Positions 30,240 through 39,298 of a stretch of 53,779 nucleotides of DNA are shown here, piece by piece. The notes beneath the pieces were generated by a model. It had not been told where the DNA came from, made no database searches, and was given only the letters and a program-made list of their open reading frames with translations. The stretch lies in the IMG/VR virus record IMGVR_UViG_3300012933_000343, positions 1-53,779 of that record; one strand, 5' to 3'. Made by a program: the position numbers and the translations under genes. This DNA comes from a virus. How positions within the stretch are numbered: the stretch's first letter is position 1; the number at the start of each line of letters is the position of its first letter.

Positions 30240-31436
30240 ATGTCACAAGCAGGCTTCACACCCATCCAGCTCTACTACTCGAGCACCGCCTTTGCTGCGC
30301 CATCCGCTGGCAACTTGGCTAATGGCGAGTTGGCGCTGAACATCACGGACGGCAAGTTGTTCTACAAGGACAACGGCGGCTCGGTTCAGGTGCTGGCCAC
30401 CAAGGCTGGCGCGAACGGCGACGTGGTGGGTCCTGGCAGCTCAACGGACAACGCTCTGGTGCGCTTCGATACAACAACGGGCAAGCTGGTGCAAAACTCG
30501 GTGGGCATCTTGAGCGATGCGGGGGTGCTTACCGGCCTGACCGGGCTGACGTCGTCTGGCTCGATCACGTTCTCATCGTTGACCTCTGGCCGTGTGCCCT
30601 ACGCCACAACCGCTGGTCTGTTGACTGACGACGCGGACCTGACGTTTGATGGCACCACCCTCGCTGCGGGCGGGTTCTCTACTGGGGGCTCCGTCACTCT
30701 CACAGGCGGCACAGCCAACGGTGTGGCCTACCTCAACGGCTCCAAAGTACTGACCACTGGTAGTGCGCTGACGTTTGATGGAACGAATTTTGGTGTTGGT
30801 GCATCACCTTTGTCTGGTATCAAAGCATATTTTGCATCTCAGTCAGGAAATAACACGGTACGTTTGGACTGCGGGCCGGGCGGCGCTTCAACTTCAGATT
30901 TAACTTTTGGTGCATATGGTTTTTCCGCAGTGGCTGGTCTTCGTTTTGAGGATGCAAATGCACTTCTGCGCATGTATGGGGATGCCACTCGTGCACTCGC
31001 ATTTAATGCAAACGGCTCCGAACAAATGCGCCTGACCAGCACAGGTCTGGGTATTGGGACGAGTTCACCTGCCGTTAAATTGGATGTGGTGGGGGCAATT
31101 AGTTCTACTGGAAATATCAGATCGAACGGCAAAGCCTATATTGCGTCAAATGGAACAATCAATTGGGGCACTACTGGTGCAGATGGCATCTTGTCGTGGG
31201 ACGCCTCAAAAGTTTTGATTTACGGACTTGCCGGTAAGGCTATTGAGTTTGGAACCAATAACGCTTTTGCCGCCACCATTGACACCGCAGGCAACCTCGG
31301 AGTGGGGGTTACTTCACCCGGAGACAAGCTGGAAATAGGAGGTGCCGGTGCCGGGATTATTTTGGCGAGTCCCAATGGAACCCGTTACCGAATCACAGTA
31401 AGCAATCTTGGTGTTTTAATCGTTGCTGCCGCATGA
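30240..31436 (+). CDS. Tail fibre protein 2 (398 aa) with a compositionally distinct C-terminal half
   Basis: N-terminus TPIQLYYSSTAFAAPSAGNLANGELALNITDGKLFYKDNGG is a common fibre anchor motif. MRLTSTGLGIGTSSPAVKLDVVG is also a fibre motif. GC drops from about 30780 to the stop. Confidence 0.8.
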   Translation: MSQAGFTPIQLYYSSTAFAAPSAGNLANGELALNITDGKLFYKDNGGSVQVLATKAGANGDVVGPGSSTDNALVRFDTTTGKLVQNSVGILSDAGVLTGLTGLTSSGSITFSSLTSGRVPYATTAGLLTDDADLTFDGTTLAAGGFSTGGSVTLTGGTANGVAYLNGSKVLTTGSALTFDGTNFGVGASPLSGIKAYFASQSGNNTVRLDCGPGGASTSDLTFGAYGFSAVAGLRFEDANALLRMYGDATRALAFNANGSEQMRLTSTGLGIGTSSPAVKLDVVGAISSTGNIRSNGKAYIASNGTINWGTTGADGILSWDASKVLIYGLAGKAIEFGTNNAFAATIDTAGNLGVGVTSPGDKLEIGGAGAGIILASPNGTRYRITVSNLGVLIVAAA

Positions 31437-31687
31437 TTGAGCAAGTTCTCACCCGCCTGAACAACATCCCCGCAGACAAGGTGGCTCACTTTGCTGCCGG
31501 GGCCATCCTGTTCGCTGTCGCGTTACCATTCCTTGGCGCTCAGTACGCACTGACCCTTGCGGTCATTGCAGGGTTTGTCAAAGAACTCTACGACGCACTG
31601 AACAAGGAAAATCACACCCCCGACATCTGGGACGCTCTGGTCACTTCGGCTGGCGGCGTTCTGGGGTATTTCTGCACTCTTTTTTAA
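31433..31687 (+). CDS. Small membrane protein (84 aa), possible holin or antiholin-class protein
   Basis: Track ORF; two to three hydrophobic helices (HFAAGAILFAVALPFLGAQYALTLAVIAGFV, SAGGVLGYFCTLF); lies upstream of the lysis genes. Confidence 0.45.
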   Translation: MIEQVLTRLNNIPADKVAHFAAGAILFAVALPFLGAQYALTLAVIAGFVKELYDALNKENHTPDIWDALVTSAGGVLGYFCTLF

Positions 31688-31696
31688 GGAACCACC

Positions 31697-32008
31697 ATGA
31701 CTACATTCAATTGGACCATCACGCAATGTGACCGCTTGACCTCAGACAACTTCATCACCACAGCGCACTGGACAGCCACCGCCGTGGATGGCGACTACAC
31801 CGCGTCCATTTACTCGACCTGCACCTTCTCCAAGCCCGAATCCAATGTGGACCTGACGCCCTACGATGAAGTGACGGAGCAAGACGTGCTGGGCTGGTGC
31901 TGGGCTGACGGCGTGGACAAAAACGCCACCGAAGCGGCGCTGGCGCAAAACATCTACCTGCAGAAAAACCCCGTGGTGGCCGCTGGCGTGCCTTGGGGAA
32001 ACCAATGA
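31697..32008 (+). CDS. Hypothetical protein (103 aa)
   Basis: Track ORF between fibre and holin genes. Confidence 0.5.
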   Translation: MTTFNWTITQCDRLTSDNFITTAHWTATAVDGDYTASIYSTCTFSKPESNVDLTPYDEVTEQDVLGWCWADGVDKNATEAALAQNIYLQKNPVVAAGVPWGNQ

Positions 32009-32469
32009 ACCTGAGTGACCTGAACCCATTGGCCGCGATTGGCGGCAAACTGATCGATCGTTTCTTGCCTGACCCAGCGGCCGCAGCAGCCGCAAAGCAA
32101 GAGCTGGCACAGATGCAGGAGAACGGCGAGCTGGCGCGGATGGCCAACGAGACCAAGGTGCTGGAGATTGCCAACGCCAACACCGACAGCGCTCGGAACA
32201 TGAACGCCACAGTGCAAGAGTCCGTCAACGCATCGTGGTTGGCCAAAAACACCGCCTACGCGCTCGACATTGGGATTGTTGCGGCCACCATTTTTTTGGC
32301 TTGGTTTGCCTTCATTAAAGGCGTTCCGGAAGCCAACAAAGAACTTGTTTACATGGCGCTTGGCTCTCTCATCACCATGTCTGGTACGGTTTTGAACTTC
32401 CACCGTGGAAGTTCTCAAGGCTCCAAGGATAAGGGTAGTGAAATCCAAAAACTGAAGGACACGAAATGA
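32005..32469 (+). CDS. Holin, 3-TM GTA-release type (154 aa)
   Basis: Track ORF trimmed to MNLSDLNPLAAIGGKLIDRFLPDP... (ATGA overlap). The N-terminal IGGKLIDRF.PDP motif and C-terminal hydrophobic helices match the 'holin of 3TMs for gene-transfer release' family as I recall it. It is directly coupled to the endolysin. Confidence 0.7.
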   Translation: MNLSDLNPLAAIGGKLIDRFLPDPAAAAAAKQELAQMQENGELARMANETKVLEIANANTDSARNMNATVQESVNASWLAKNTAYALDIGIVAATIFLAWFAFIKGVPEANKELVYMALGSLITMSGTVLNFHRGSSQGSKDKGSEIQKLKDTK

Positions 32470-32978
32470 AAGCTAACTTCGACTCCGCGCTGAAAGCCGT
32501 TTTGCACCACGAAGGCGGCTTTGTGAACCATCCCGCCGACCCAGGCGGCATGACCAACCTTGGTGTGACCAAGAAGGTCTGGGAGGAGTGGCTCGGCCAC
32601 CCTGTTGACGAGAAAGCCATGCGTGCGCTGACACCTGAGATTGTGGGCCCAATGTACAAGGCCAAGTACTGGGACAAGATAAAAGGCGACGAGCTGCCGG
32701 CTGGTGTGGACTACGCCGTTTTTGACGCCGCCGTCAACAGCGGTCCAGGCCGTGCGGCAAAGTGGTTGCAGGCTTGCGTTGGCGTTGAGCCCGATGGCGG
32801 TATTGGCCCCAAGACGCTGGCTGCCGTGGCATCTTTTGACCCTGCCAACTTGGTTGAGGACTACGGCAAGCGCCGCCTGTCGTTTTTGATGGACTTGCAG
32901 AACTGGGACACATTTGGCAAAGGCTGGAGCCGTCGCGTCACAGAGGTGGCGTCCGTGGCCGGCAACATGACCGCCTGA
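32466..32978 (+). CDS. Endolysin: glycoside hydrolase family 108 muramidase with a PG_binding_3 domain (170 aa)
   Basis: LHHEGGFVNHPADPGGMTNLGVT (GH108 catalytic EGG.. motif) and ...PDGGIGPKTLAAV... (peptidoglycan-binding domain). Confidence 0.92.
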   Translation: MKANFDSALKAVLHHEGGFVNHPADPGGMTNLGVTKKVWEEWLGHPVDEKAMRALTPEIVGPMYKAKYWDKIKGDELPAGVDYAVFDAAVNSGPGRAAKWLQACVGVEPDGGIGPKTLAAVASFDPANLVEDYGKRRLSFLMDLQNWDTFGKGWSRRVTEVASVAGNMTA

Positions 32979-32985
32979 CGCCTGT

Positions 32986-33014
32986 TTCCCAAAATGTTCG
33001 CCGAGCCCTATAAT
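32986..33014 (+). promoter_or_regulatory. Promoter candidate with a perfect TATAAT (33009-33014) and a weak -35
   Basis: Lies in the 90-nt gap after the endolysin; -10 context TATAATTCCCGC is shared with the sites at 21701 and 26210. Confidence 0.3.
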
Positions 33015-33068
33015 TCCCGCAACAACGCGCCAGCTGGACCAGCGGCTTCATAACCATTTGGAGTCCCC

Positions 33069-33698
33069 ATGTACACGATGACGTACAGCAGCTTGCTGGA
33101 AGATGTGCGCCGCTACCTTGAGCGGGGCTTTACCGCTGAGAGCGACCAGATCGTTTATGAGCAGCTGCCGCGCCTGGTCACACTGGGCGAGCGCCGCATC
33201 TCTCGTGAGCTCAAGATTCAGGGCTTCATTCGCGCCGTTCAAACCCCACTGCAAATTGGCCTTGCCACCTACCGCAAGCCCGACCGTTGGCGCGACACGA
33301 TCAGTATGACGCTGGACGGACAGCCGATTTTTGCCCGCGCCTATGAGTATTGCCGAAGCTACTGGCCGGACGAGGCCGAGACGGCTGTTCCGCAGTTTTA
33401 TGCGGACTACGACTACAACCACTGGCTGATCACGCCAACGCCTATTGCTGCGCAGACGCTTGAGGTTCTCTACTACGAGCAGCCGCGCTTTTTGGGCGAG
33501 GACTTCCAGACCAACTGGCTGACCGAGTACGCGCCCGACTTGCTGCTGTACGCCACATTGCTGGAGGCCACGCCGTTCCTGAAGAATGACGGGCGCATCG
33601 GCACCTGGCAACAGATGTACGACCGCGCGGCCCAGGCGCTCAACGGCGAGGACCTCAAGAAAATCATGGACCGAAGCGCCCAAAGGACTGAAGCATGA
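33069..33698 (+). CDS. Virion structural protein (209 aa), possibly adaptor or tail-associated
   Basis: Track ORF; coupled (ATGA) to the following fibre-like gene. Confidence 0.45.
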   Translation: MYTMTYSSLLEDVRRYLERGFTAESDQIVYEQLPRLVTLGERRISRELKIQGFIRAVQTPLQIGLATYRKPDRWRDTISMTLDGQPIFARAYEYCRSYWPDEAETAVPQFYADYDYNHWLITPTPIAAQTLEVLYYEQPRFLGEDFQTNWLTEYAPDLLLYATLLEATPFLKNDGRIGTWQQMYDRAAQALNGEDLKKIMDRSAQRTEA

Positions 33699-34894
33699 CC
33701 ACATACACCGACGTTTTCGGTGGGGCGAACATTTACCCCAGCGAGATTGATTTCAGCTCGACGGCCTTGGCGGCCGACATTACGCTGAGCTGGCCCGACG
33801 AGACCTCGACAAGCTCAAACCTGGCCACCAAAATCATGGACGTCACACCGGCGTCCGCAGGCCTGTCCATCACACTGCCGCCCGCGAACGGTACCGGCAC
33901 CGGTCAAACCATCCTGTTTAACAACCGTGGCGCATCGACGTTCACGGTCAAAAACGCAGCCGGCACCCAAATTGTCACCGTGGCGTCCGGCACGCTGTGG
34001 CAGGTCTACCTGACAGACAACAGCACTGCGGCCGGAACATGGGTTGCTCTCCAGTACGGCGCAACAACATCCACGGTCAACGCCTCCTCGCTTGCCGGCA
34101 ACGGTATTGTGGCCACCGGAACGCTGCTCTCGCAGTCCGTTCCCGTCACTGAGTTCAACAGCAACTACAGCGCAGGCGTTCAAGACCGAGCGCGCATGTT
34201 TGTCTGGACTGGCGCTGGCGGAACACTGACGCTTCCGGCTCCCACCACCGTCGGAAACGACTGGTTTTGCTACTTGCGCAACTCGGGGTCTGGCGCGATC
34301 GTGGCCGACCCAGCGGGCACCGTTTTCATTGACGGCAGCACAACACTGTCTTTCCAGCCTGGCGAGTCGGCCATCATCGTCTCGGACGGCATCAACTACT
34401 ACACGATTGGCTTTGGCCAGTCCGCCACCTTCGCATTTGACTACACCTCGATCAACGTGTCCGGTACCGGAAACTACACGCTGACCGGTACCGAGCTCAA
34501 CCGCATCGCCTATGGATTCACTGGAACGCTGACGGGCAACCGAAACATCATCGTTCCGGCCACAGTGCAGCAGTATTGGGTGAACAACGAGACCACGGGC
34601 GCGTACAACTTTACGGTCAAGACGTCTTCTGGCGCTGGTGTGCTTGTTGCCTCTGGCTCGCGCTCCATCTTGTACTGCGACGGCACCGATGTGGTCAACG
34701 CCGATACGGGCGGCCTGGCTGTTCCCATCCAAGTGTCCGACGGCGGCACTGGCGCGACAACGGCAGGGGCGGCTCGCATCAACCTTGGAGCAACGGCTGT
34801 GGGTGATGCGGTGTTTACCGCCGCCACTGGCGCGGCCGCTTATGCCGCACTGGGCGTTGCGCCATCTGGCGTGGTGGTGGGCGGGACTTTCTGA
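33695..34894 (+). CDS. Tail fibre-like protein with three internal beta-domain repeats (399 aa)
   Basis: Three related segments (ITLPPANGTGTGQTILFNNRGASTFTVKNAAG... / LTLPAPTTVGNDWFCYLRNSGSGAIVADPAG... / IIVPATVQQYWVNNETTGAYNFTVKTSSG...). C-terminal SDGGTGATTAGAARINLGA matches the fibre motif in 27588..30221. Confidence 0.6.
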   Translation: MTTYTDVFGGANIYPSEIDFSSTALAADITLSWPDETSTSSNLATKIMDVTPASAGLSITLPPANGTGTGQTILFNNRGASTFTVKNAAGTQIVTVASGTLWQVYLTDNSTAAGTWVALQYGATTSTVNASSLAGNGIVATGTLLSQSVPVTEFNSNYSAGVQDRARMFVWTGAGGTLTLPAPTTVGNDWFCYLRNSGSGAIVADPAGTVFIDGSTTLSFQPGESAIIVSDGINYYTIGFGQSATFAFDYTSINVSGTGNYTLTGTELNRIAYGFTGTLTGNRNIIVPATVQQYWVNNETTGAYNFTVKTSSGAGVLVASGSRSILYCDGTDVVNADTGGLAVPIQVSDGGTGATTAGAARINLGATAVGDAVFTAATGAAAYAALGVAPSGVVVGGTF

Positions 34895-36723
34895 TGCCAA
34901 CGCAAATCCTCAAGTCTCAGCCTGGCATAAAGCGAGACGGTACCAAGTTTGATGGCGACTTCTATGTCGACGGACAGTGGGTGCGGTTTCAACGTGGCCT
35001 GCCGCGCAAGATTGGCGGGTACCGCTCAATCTCCAAGTACCTGACAGAGATTTCACGCGGCTTCATGAGCTTCACGCAGCAACTGTTGCAATACTGCCAC
35101 AGCGGAGGACCAAGCACGCTTGAGCGCTTCACGATCGACGCCAGCAAGAACGCCAGCCTGATCACCAGCCGCACACCTGTGGCTGTGGCAGCGACAGGCA
35201 CGGTCACGCTGACCGGCGGCGCATCTGGCTCTGTGAACGGCATCACCGTGAACGGCGTGCAGATCATGTCCGGCGCGGTGTCCTTCACGACAGACCTGGA
35301 CACCACGGCTGCGGCTGTGGCGACAAACATCAACCTGCACACATCGAGCCCTGATTACAGCGCCGTGGCCGTTGGTTCGGTGATCACCATCACGGCAGTG
35401 ACGGCTGGCGTGGCCACAAACGGATATGCGGTTGTCGCAGCCACAACTGTGATCACGGCCACGGAAACCGACATGGTTGGCGGCTCTGACGCGCTGACGG
35501 CCTCGGATGCCAACAAGTGGATGTTTCAGGCGGTGTTTGATTCATCGACCGCTTACAACGCGCTGCTTGCTCACGTCTCGCCCAACGGACGCTGCTTGTG
35601 CAACGACGTGGGTGGGCAGATTTTCTACGGCGATTTGCTGGGCACCGCACCTTTGAAGAGCGTGCAACTTCCCGCTGGGGCTAACGTGACGGGCGGCATC
35701 GTGGCGCTGCACCCCTACCTGTTTTACTACGGCACAGCTGGAATCATCGGCTGGTCCGTAGCTGGCGAGCCAACCGACCTGACCGGCTCTGGATCAGGTA
35801 TCGCCCGTGTGTGGAGCCAAAAGATCGTCAAAGGCATGCCTTTGCGTGCTGGCTCTGGCTCTGCTCCGGCTGGAATCTTCTGGGCCTACGACGCGGTTAT
35901 TCGTGCCACATTCAGCGGTGGCGCTACGGTGTTCCAGTTTGACACGATCGCCACCGACACATCCATCATGTCGGCAGACTCGGTGGTGGACTACGACGGC
36001 GTGTTCTTCTGGGCTGGCGTGGACCGGTTTTTTATGTTCAACGGTGTGGTGCGCGATGTACCCAACCAGATGAACATCAACTACTTCCTCGAAGGCCTGA
36101 ACCCCCAGCAGCACAGCAAGGTGTTTGCTTGGAAGGTGCCGCGATTTGGTGAAATTTGGTGGGCTTATCCCAAGGGCGACGCCACTGAATGCACGCACGC
36201 CGTGATCTACAACGTGCGCGAGAACACTTGGTACGACACTGCGCTGCCGGTGGTAGGCCGCTCGGCTGGCGGATACAACAACGCATTCATGGCTCCCATC
36301 CTGGTGGATGCTGTGCCAACGGCCAGCGGCTACCGCACCTGGGTGCATGAGCAGGGCGTGGACGAGATCGACGGCACGCTGGCCGCCCCCATCCAGTCTT
36401 ACTTTGAGACCTCCGACCTGTCCTCGATCGTTCAGGGCCAAGACGGCTATCTGCGCATCAGCACCATCGAGCCGGACTTTGTGCAAAAGGGCCCAATGAC
36501 CGTGCAGATCACCGGCCGTGCCAACGCGCGCGCACCCGAGGTGACGAGCTCAATCTTCACATTCCCCGAGCAAGCCAACCTGCCTTACGAGCAGATCGTG
36601 ATGCTCAAAGAGCAGCGCCGCGAGTTGCGTGCGCGCTTTGAGTCCAACGCGCTGTACGGCGACTACCAGATGGGCCAGATCATTGCGCACATCGAGTCTG
36701 GCGACAGGACGGTGCTGGGATGA
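34894..36723 (+). CDS. Large tail protein (609 aa), possibly nozzle or tail-tubular type
   Basis: Track ORF; start overlaps the upstream stop. The N-terminal QPGIKRDGTKFDGDFYVDGQWVRFQRGLPRKIGGY pattern recalls podovirus tail proteins (memory only). Confidence 0.45.
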   Translation: MPTQILKSQPGIKRDGTKFDGDFYVDGQWVRFQRGLPRKIGGYRSISKYLTEISRGFMSFTQQLLQYCHSGGPSTLERFTIDASKNASLITSRTPVAVAATGTVTLTGGASGSVNGITVNGVQIMSGAVSFTTDLDTTAAAVATNINLHTSSPDYSAVAVGSVITITAVTAGVATNGYAVVAATTVITATETDMVGGSDALTASDANKWMFQAVFDSSTAYNALLAHVSPNGRCLCNDVGGQIFYGDLLGTAPLKSVQLPAGANVTGGIVALHPYLFYYGTAGIIGWSVAGEPTDLTGSGSGIARVWSQKIVKGMPLRAGSGSAPAGIFWAYDAVIRATFSGGATVFQFDTIATDTSIMSADSVVDYDGVFFWAGVDRFFMFNGVVRDVPNQMNINYFLEGLNPQQHSKVFAWKVPRFGEIWWAYPKGDATECTHAVIYNVRENTWYDTALPVVGRSAGGYNNAFMAPILVDAVPTASGYRTWVHEQGVDEIDGTLAAPIQSYFETSDLSSIVQGQDGYLRISTIEPDFVQKGPMTVQITGRANARAPEVTSSIFTFPEQANLPYEQIVMLKEQRRELRARFESNALYGDYQMGQIIAHIESGDRTVLG

Positions 36724-36947
36724 TCATCACGATGCCAACCGGTATGGAGCTGCTTGACTGGGCGTCTCAGATCATCATCGACCTGGATGCCTACGGCTCC
36801 TTTGGTCGTTTGGACGACGCAAGCCACTGGCAGGACTGGGGCATGCAGTTTTTGAACAACACAACGATCGGCCGCAATTTGCCGATTCCTTACGGATTTA
36901 CTGACTGGCGAGAATGGGCAGAGCGTTTGGTGGGCTCGTTGTCATGA
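36720..36947 (+). CDS. Hypothetical protein (75 aa)
   Basis: Track ORF; ATGA overlaps on both sides. Confidence 0.5.
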   Translation: MIITMPTGMELLDWASQIIIDLDAYGSFGRLDDASHWQDWGMQFLNNTTIGRNLPIPYGFTDWREWAERLVGSLS

Positions 36948-37387
36948 AATACATCGGAACTCAACGCGAGAATGAGGCGATTGAATGGGCCAAAAATGTG
37001 CTCAACATCGAAGGCCCGACTGGTTTTTGCCGTGCATTGTCTGCAGTTGATGCCGCCGGGGAATTTGTTTTTGTTGTGGTGCTTTCAAACTTCACAGAGA
37101 CAAACGTGGACATGCACACTTCCGCCAAGCCTGGTGCCAAATGGGCCACGCCGCGCGCTGCCGTTGAGATGTTTCGAGGCGTTTTTGGGTATGCTTTTGA
37201 TCATTTCCAGGTGCAACGCGTGACAGGCCTGGTGCGTGCAAAAAACACAGCTGCTCGTCATTTTGACGAGCACATTGGATTTCAGCTCGAGGGCGTGATG
37301 CGCCGGGCTTTTAAGGACGACGATCTTTGCGTTTACGGTTTCTTGCGCGAGGATTACATTTCACACAGATGGAATCGGAGTAAATAA
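36944..37387 (+). CDS. GNAT-family N-acetyltransferase (147 aa)
   Basis: Track ORF 36914..37387 trimmed to MKYIGTQRE... RVTGLVRAKNTAARHFDEHIGFQLEGVMRRAF...D..VYGFLREDY matches the RimJ/RimL-type GNAT core (motif A plus the C-terminal beta strands). Confidence 0.7.
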   Translation: MKYIGTQRENEAIEWAKNVLNIEGPTGFCRALSAVDAAGEFVFVVVLSNFTETNVDMHTSAKPGAKWATPRAAVEMFRGVFGYAFDHFQVQRVTGLVRAKNTAARHFDEHIGFQLEGVMRRAFKDDDLCVYGFLREDYISHRWNRSK

Positions 37388-39297
37388 TGGACAAACAAAC
37401 AATCATGGCGCTGGCGGCCAACAACCCTCAAGTCGCGCAAGCCGCAGACATCATTGAGGCCCGAATTTCCAACATGCCCGGCATCACCGAAGAGATGATT
37501 GACCAGTTGGTGGCCACCCTTGAGTACGTGCTGCAAAACCCGCAAAAGTACCCAGAGGTTCGCGAGGCCGCCATTCAAGCTGGTTTTGGCTCAGAGCAAG
37601 ATTTCCCCGCTGAGTTTGACCCAACGCTGATTGTCTCCATGCTGGTGGCGTTGTACGAAGTTCAAGCTCGTTACCAAGGGGGGCAGTCGCAGGCATTTGC
37701 CCGGGGCGGTCTTGCCCAGGCCGCCAGCCGAGTTGCTGCAGCTGGCCGTGGTGGTGACAGCATGTTGGCACACATCAATCCGCGAGAAGCAGCCATGCTG
37801 GCGCGTATGGGCGGCAGCGGTACCGTCAATCCAACCACAGGCTTGGTTGAGTTCAAAGGAGGCATCGGCAAACTTATTGCTGCTGTTGCTCCTATAGCGT
37901 TGTCGATTTTGGCTCCAGGCATCGGTACCGCAATCGGCGGCTTTATTTCTGGCGGCGCGTTGGCTGGAACTGCGGCCAGCATGCTTGGCGGCGCAGCGAT
38001 CGGTGGCCTGTCCTCTGCTGCCGCAGGCGGTGATCCACTGAAGGGCGCGCTCGGCGGCGCGTTGGGGGCAGGCGCTGGCGGTGCCCTTGGTGGTGCTATC
38101 GGCGATGCAACCGGCATGACGCTGAGCAACACGGCGCAAAACGTGCTGGGCAGCTCTTTGATTGGCGGCGCTCAGAGTGCGGCCAGCGGGGGCGACTTCC
38201 TAACCGGCGCTGTGCAAGGCGGTGTCGGCGGCTATGCTGGCAGCGCGCTTTCTGGGGCTGCTGGGGGCTTTGATGGCAAGCTCGGCGCTGGGTTGCAGAC
38301 CGCAGGCCAGCAGTTTGGCAACGCGCTGACCATGGGGGCTGATGCAAAGCAGGCGCTCACGCAAGGAGCGCTTTCTGGCTTGGCTGCGGCTTATGCCGCC
38401 CCATCGGCACCAGCGCCAAAGTCAATCTACGACATCACGCCCGCCGAGACTGGCGGTATTGGCCTAAAGGCACCGTCCGACCTGGTGATCGAGGGCTTGA
38501 AAGTTCCTCATGTCAACACAACTAGCATGCCAGAAAGCGGCCTCAGCACAAATTACAGCCTGACCGGTGGAAACACGCCAACGTTCAGTGGGCCCGACAG
38601 CTTCACGCCGGATTACTCGCTGGCTGGACCATCAATGACTGACTCGGCATCTGCTGAGCCTTACACTGGAACAGGCCTCAAAGCATCCCCGCTGAACACG
38701 ATTGCGGCGCAAACAACTGACGCGACCTCTTTGGTGCCCAAAGCACCAGCAGGAACGGCCAACAAGGGATTCAGCCTTGGCAACGCCGCATCAATGCTGC
38801 CTTTGCTCAGCATGTTTGGCAGCGCGCAGACGCCGGAAGAAGTGCAGCAAGTTGTGGCCGGTATGACGCCCGAGCAGCAGGAATACTTCAACCGTCCGAT
38901 GCGAAGCTGGAACTGGGACACACTCAGCGCGGCGGCAAAAATGCAAAACCTGCCCGTCGGTAGCTACATTGCTCGCAACTGGGACAAGGTTGGCGGCGGC
39001 ATGTATGACCAGTCAACTGAAGAGCCTAAGGCCTTTGCCCGTGGCGGCGCTTTGACCCGATTGGCCCGTGGCGGCGGCTCTGGCCGTGATGACACCATCA
39101 ACGCCAAGCTGTCGGACGGAGAGTACGTGATGGACGCCGAGACCGTGGCGCTGTTGGGCGATGGCTCAACGGATGCAGGGGCTCGCCGTTTGGACGAGAT
39201 GCGGGCTAAAATCCGTCAACACAAAGGCAAATCGATGGCCCGGGGCAAGTTCAGCGCGAACGCCAAATCGCCGTTGGCATATTTGAAAGGCGCTTAA
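37387..39297 (+). CDS. Internal virion / ejection-type protein with a Gly-rich membrane segment (636 aa)
   Basis: Long Gly/Ala hydrophobic stretch (GKLIAAVAPIALSILAPGIGTAIGGFISGGALAGTAASMLGGAAIGG...). Motifs FARGG (twice), LARGG, DSMLAHINPREAAMLARMGGSGTVNPTTGLVEF and LSDGEYVMDAETV. Position in a block of four large late ORFs. Confidence 0.55.
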   Translation: MDKQTIMALAANNPQVAQAADIIEARISNMPGITEEMIDQLVATLEYVLQNPQKYPEVREAAIQAGFGSEQDFPAEFDPTLIVSMLVALYEVQARYQGGQSQAFARGGLAQAASRVAAAGRGGDSMLAHINPREAAMLARMGGSGTVNPTTGLVEFKGGIGKLIAAVAPIALSILAPGIGTAIGGFISGGALAGTAASMLGGAAIGGLSSAAAGGDPLKGALGGALGAGAGGALGGAIGDATGMTLSNTAQNVLGSSLIGGAQSAASGGDFLTGAVQGGVGGYAGSALSGAAGGFDGKLGAGLQTAGQQFGNALTMGADAKQALTQGALSGLAAAYAAPSAPAPKSIYDITPAETGGIGLKAPSDLVIEGLKVPHVNTTSMPESGLSTNYSLTGGNTPTFSGPDSFTPDYSLAGPSMTDSASAEPYTGTGLKASPLNTIAAQTTDATSLVPKAPAGTANKGFSLGNAASMLPLLSMFGSAQTPEEVQQVVAGMTPEQQEYFNRPMRSWNWDTLSAAAKMQNLPVGSYIARNWDKVGGGMYDQSTEEPKAFARGGALTRLARGGGSGRDDTINAKLSDGEYVMDAETVALLGDGSTDAGARRLDEMRAKIRQHKGKSMARGKFSANAKSPLAYLKGA

Positions 39298-39298
39298 C

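Noticed and set aside
27588-31436. Diversity-generating retroelement (template/variable repeat) around the fibre genes
   Set aside because: No reverse transcriptase ORF is present, and I found no near-identical A-to-N mutated repeat pair. The fibre repeats are ordinary in-frame protein repeats.
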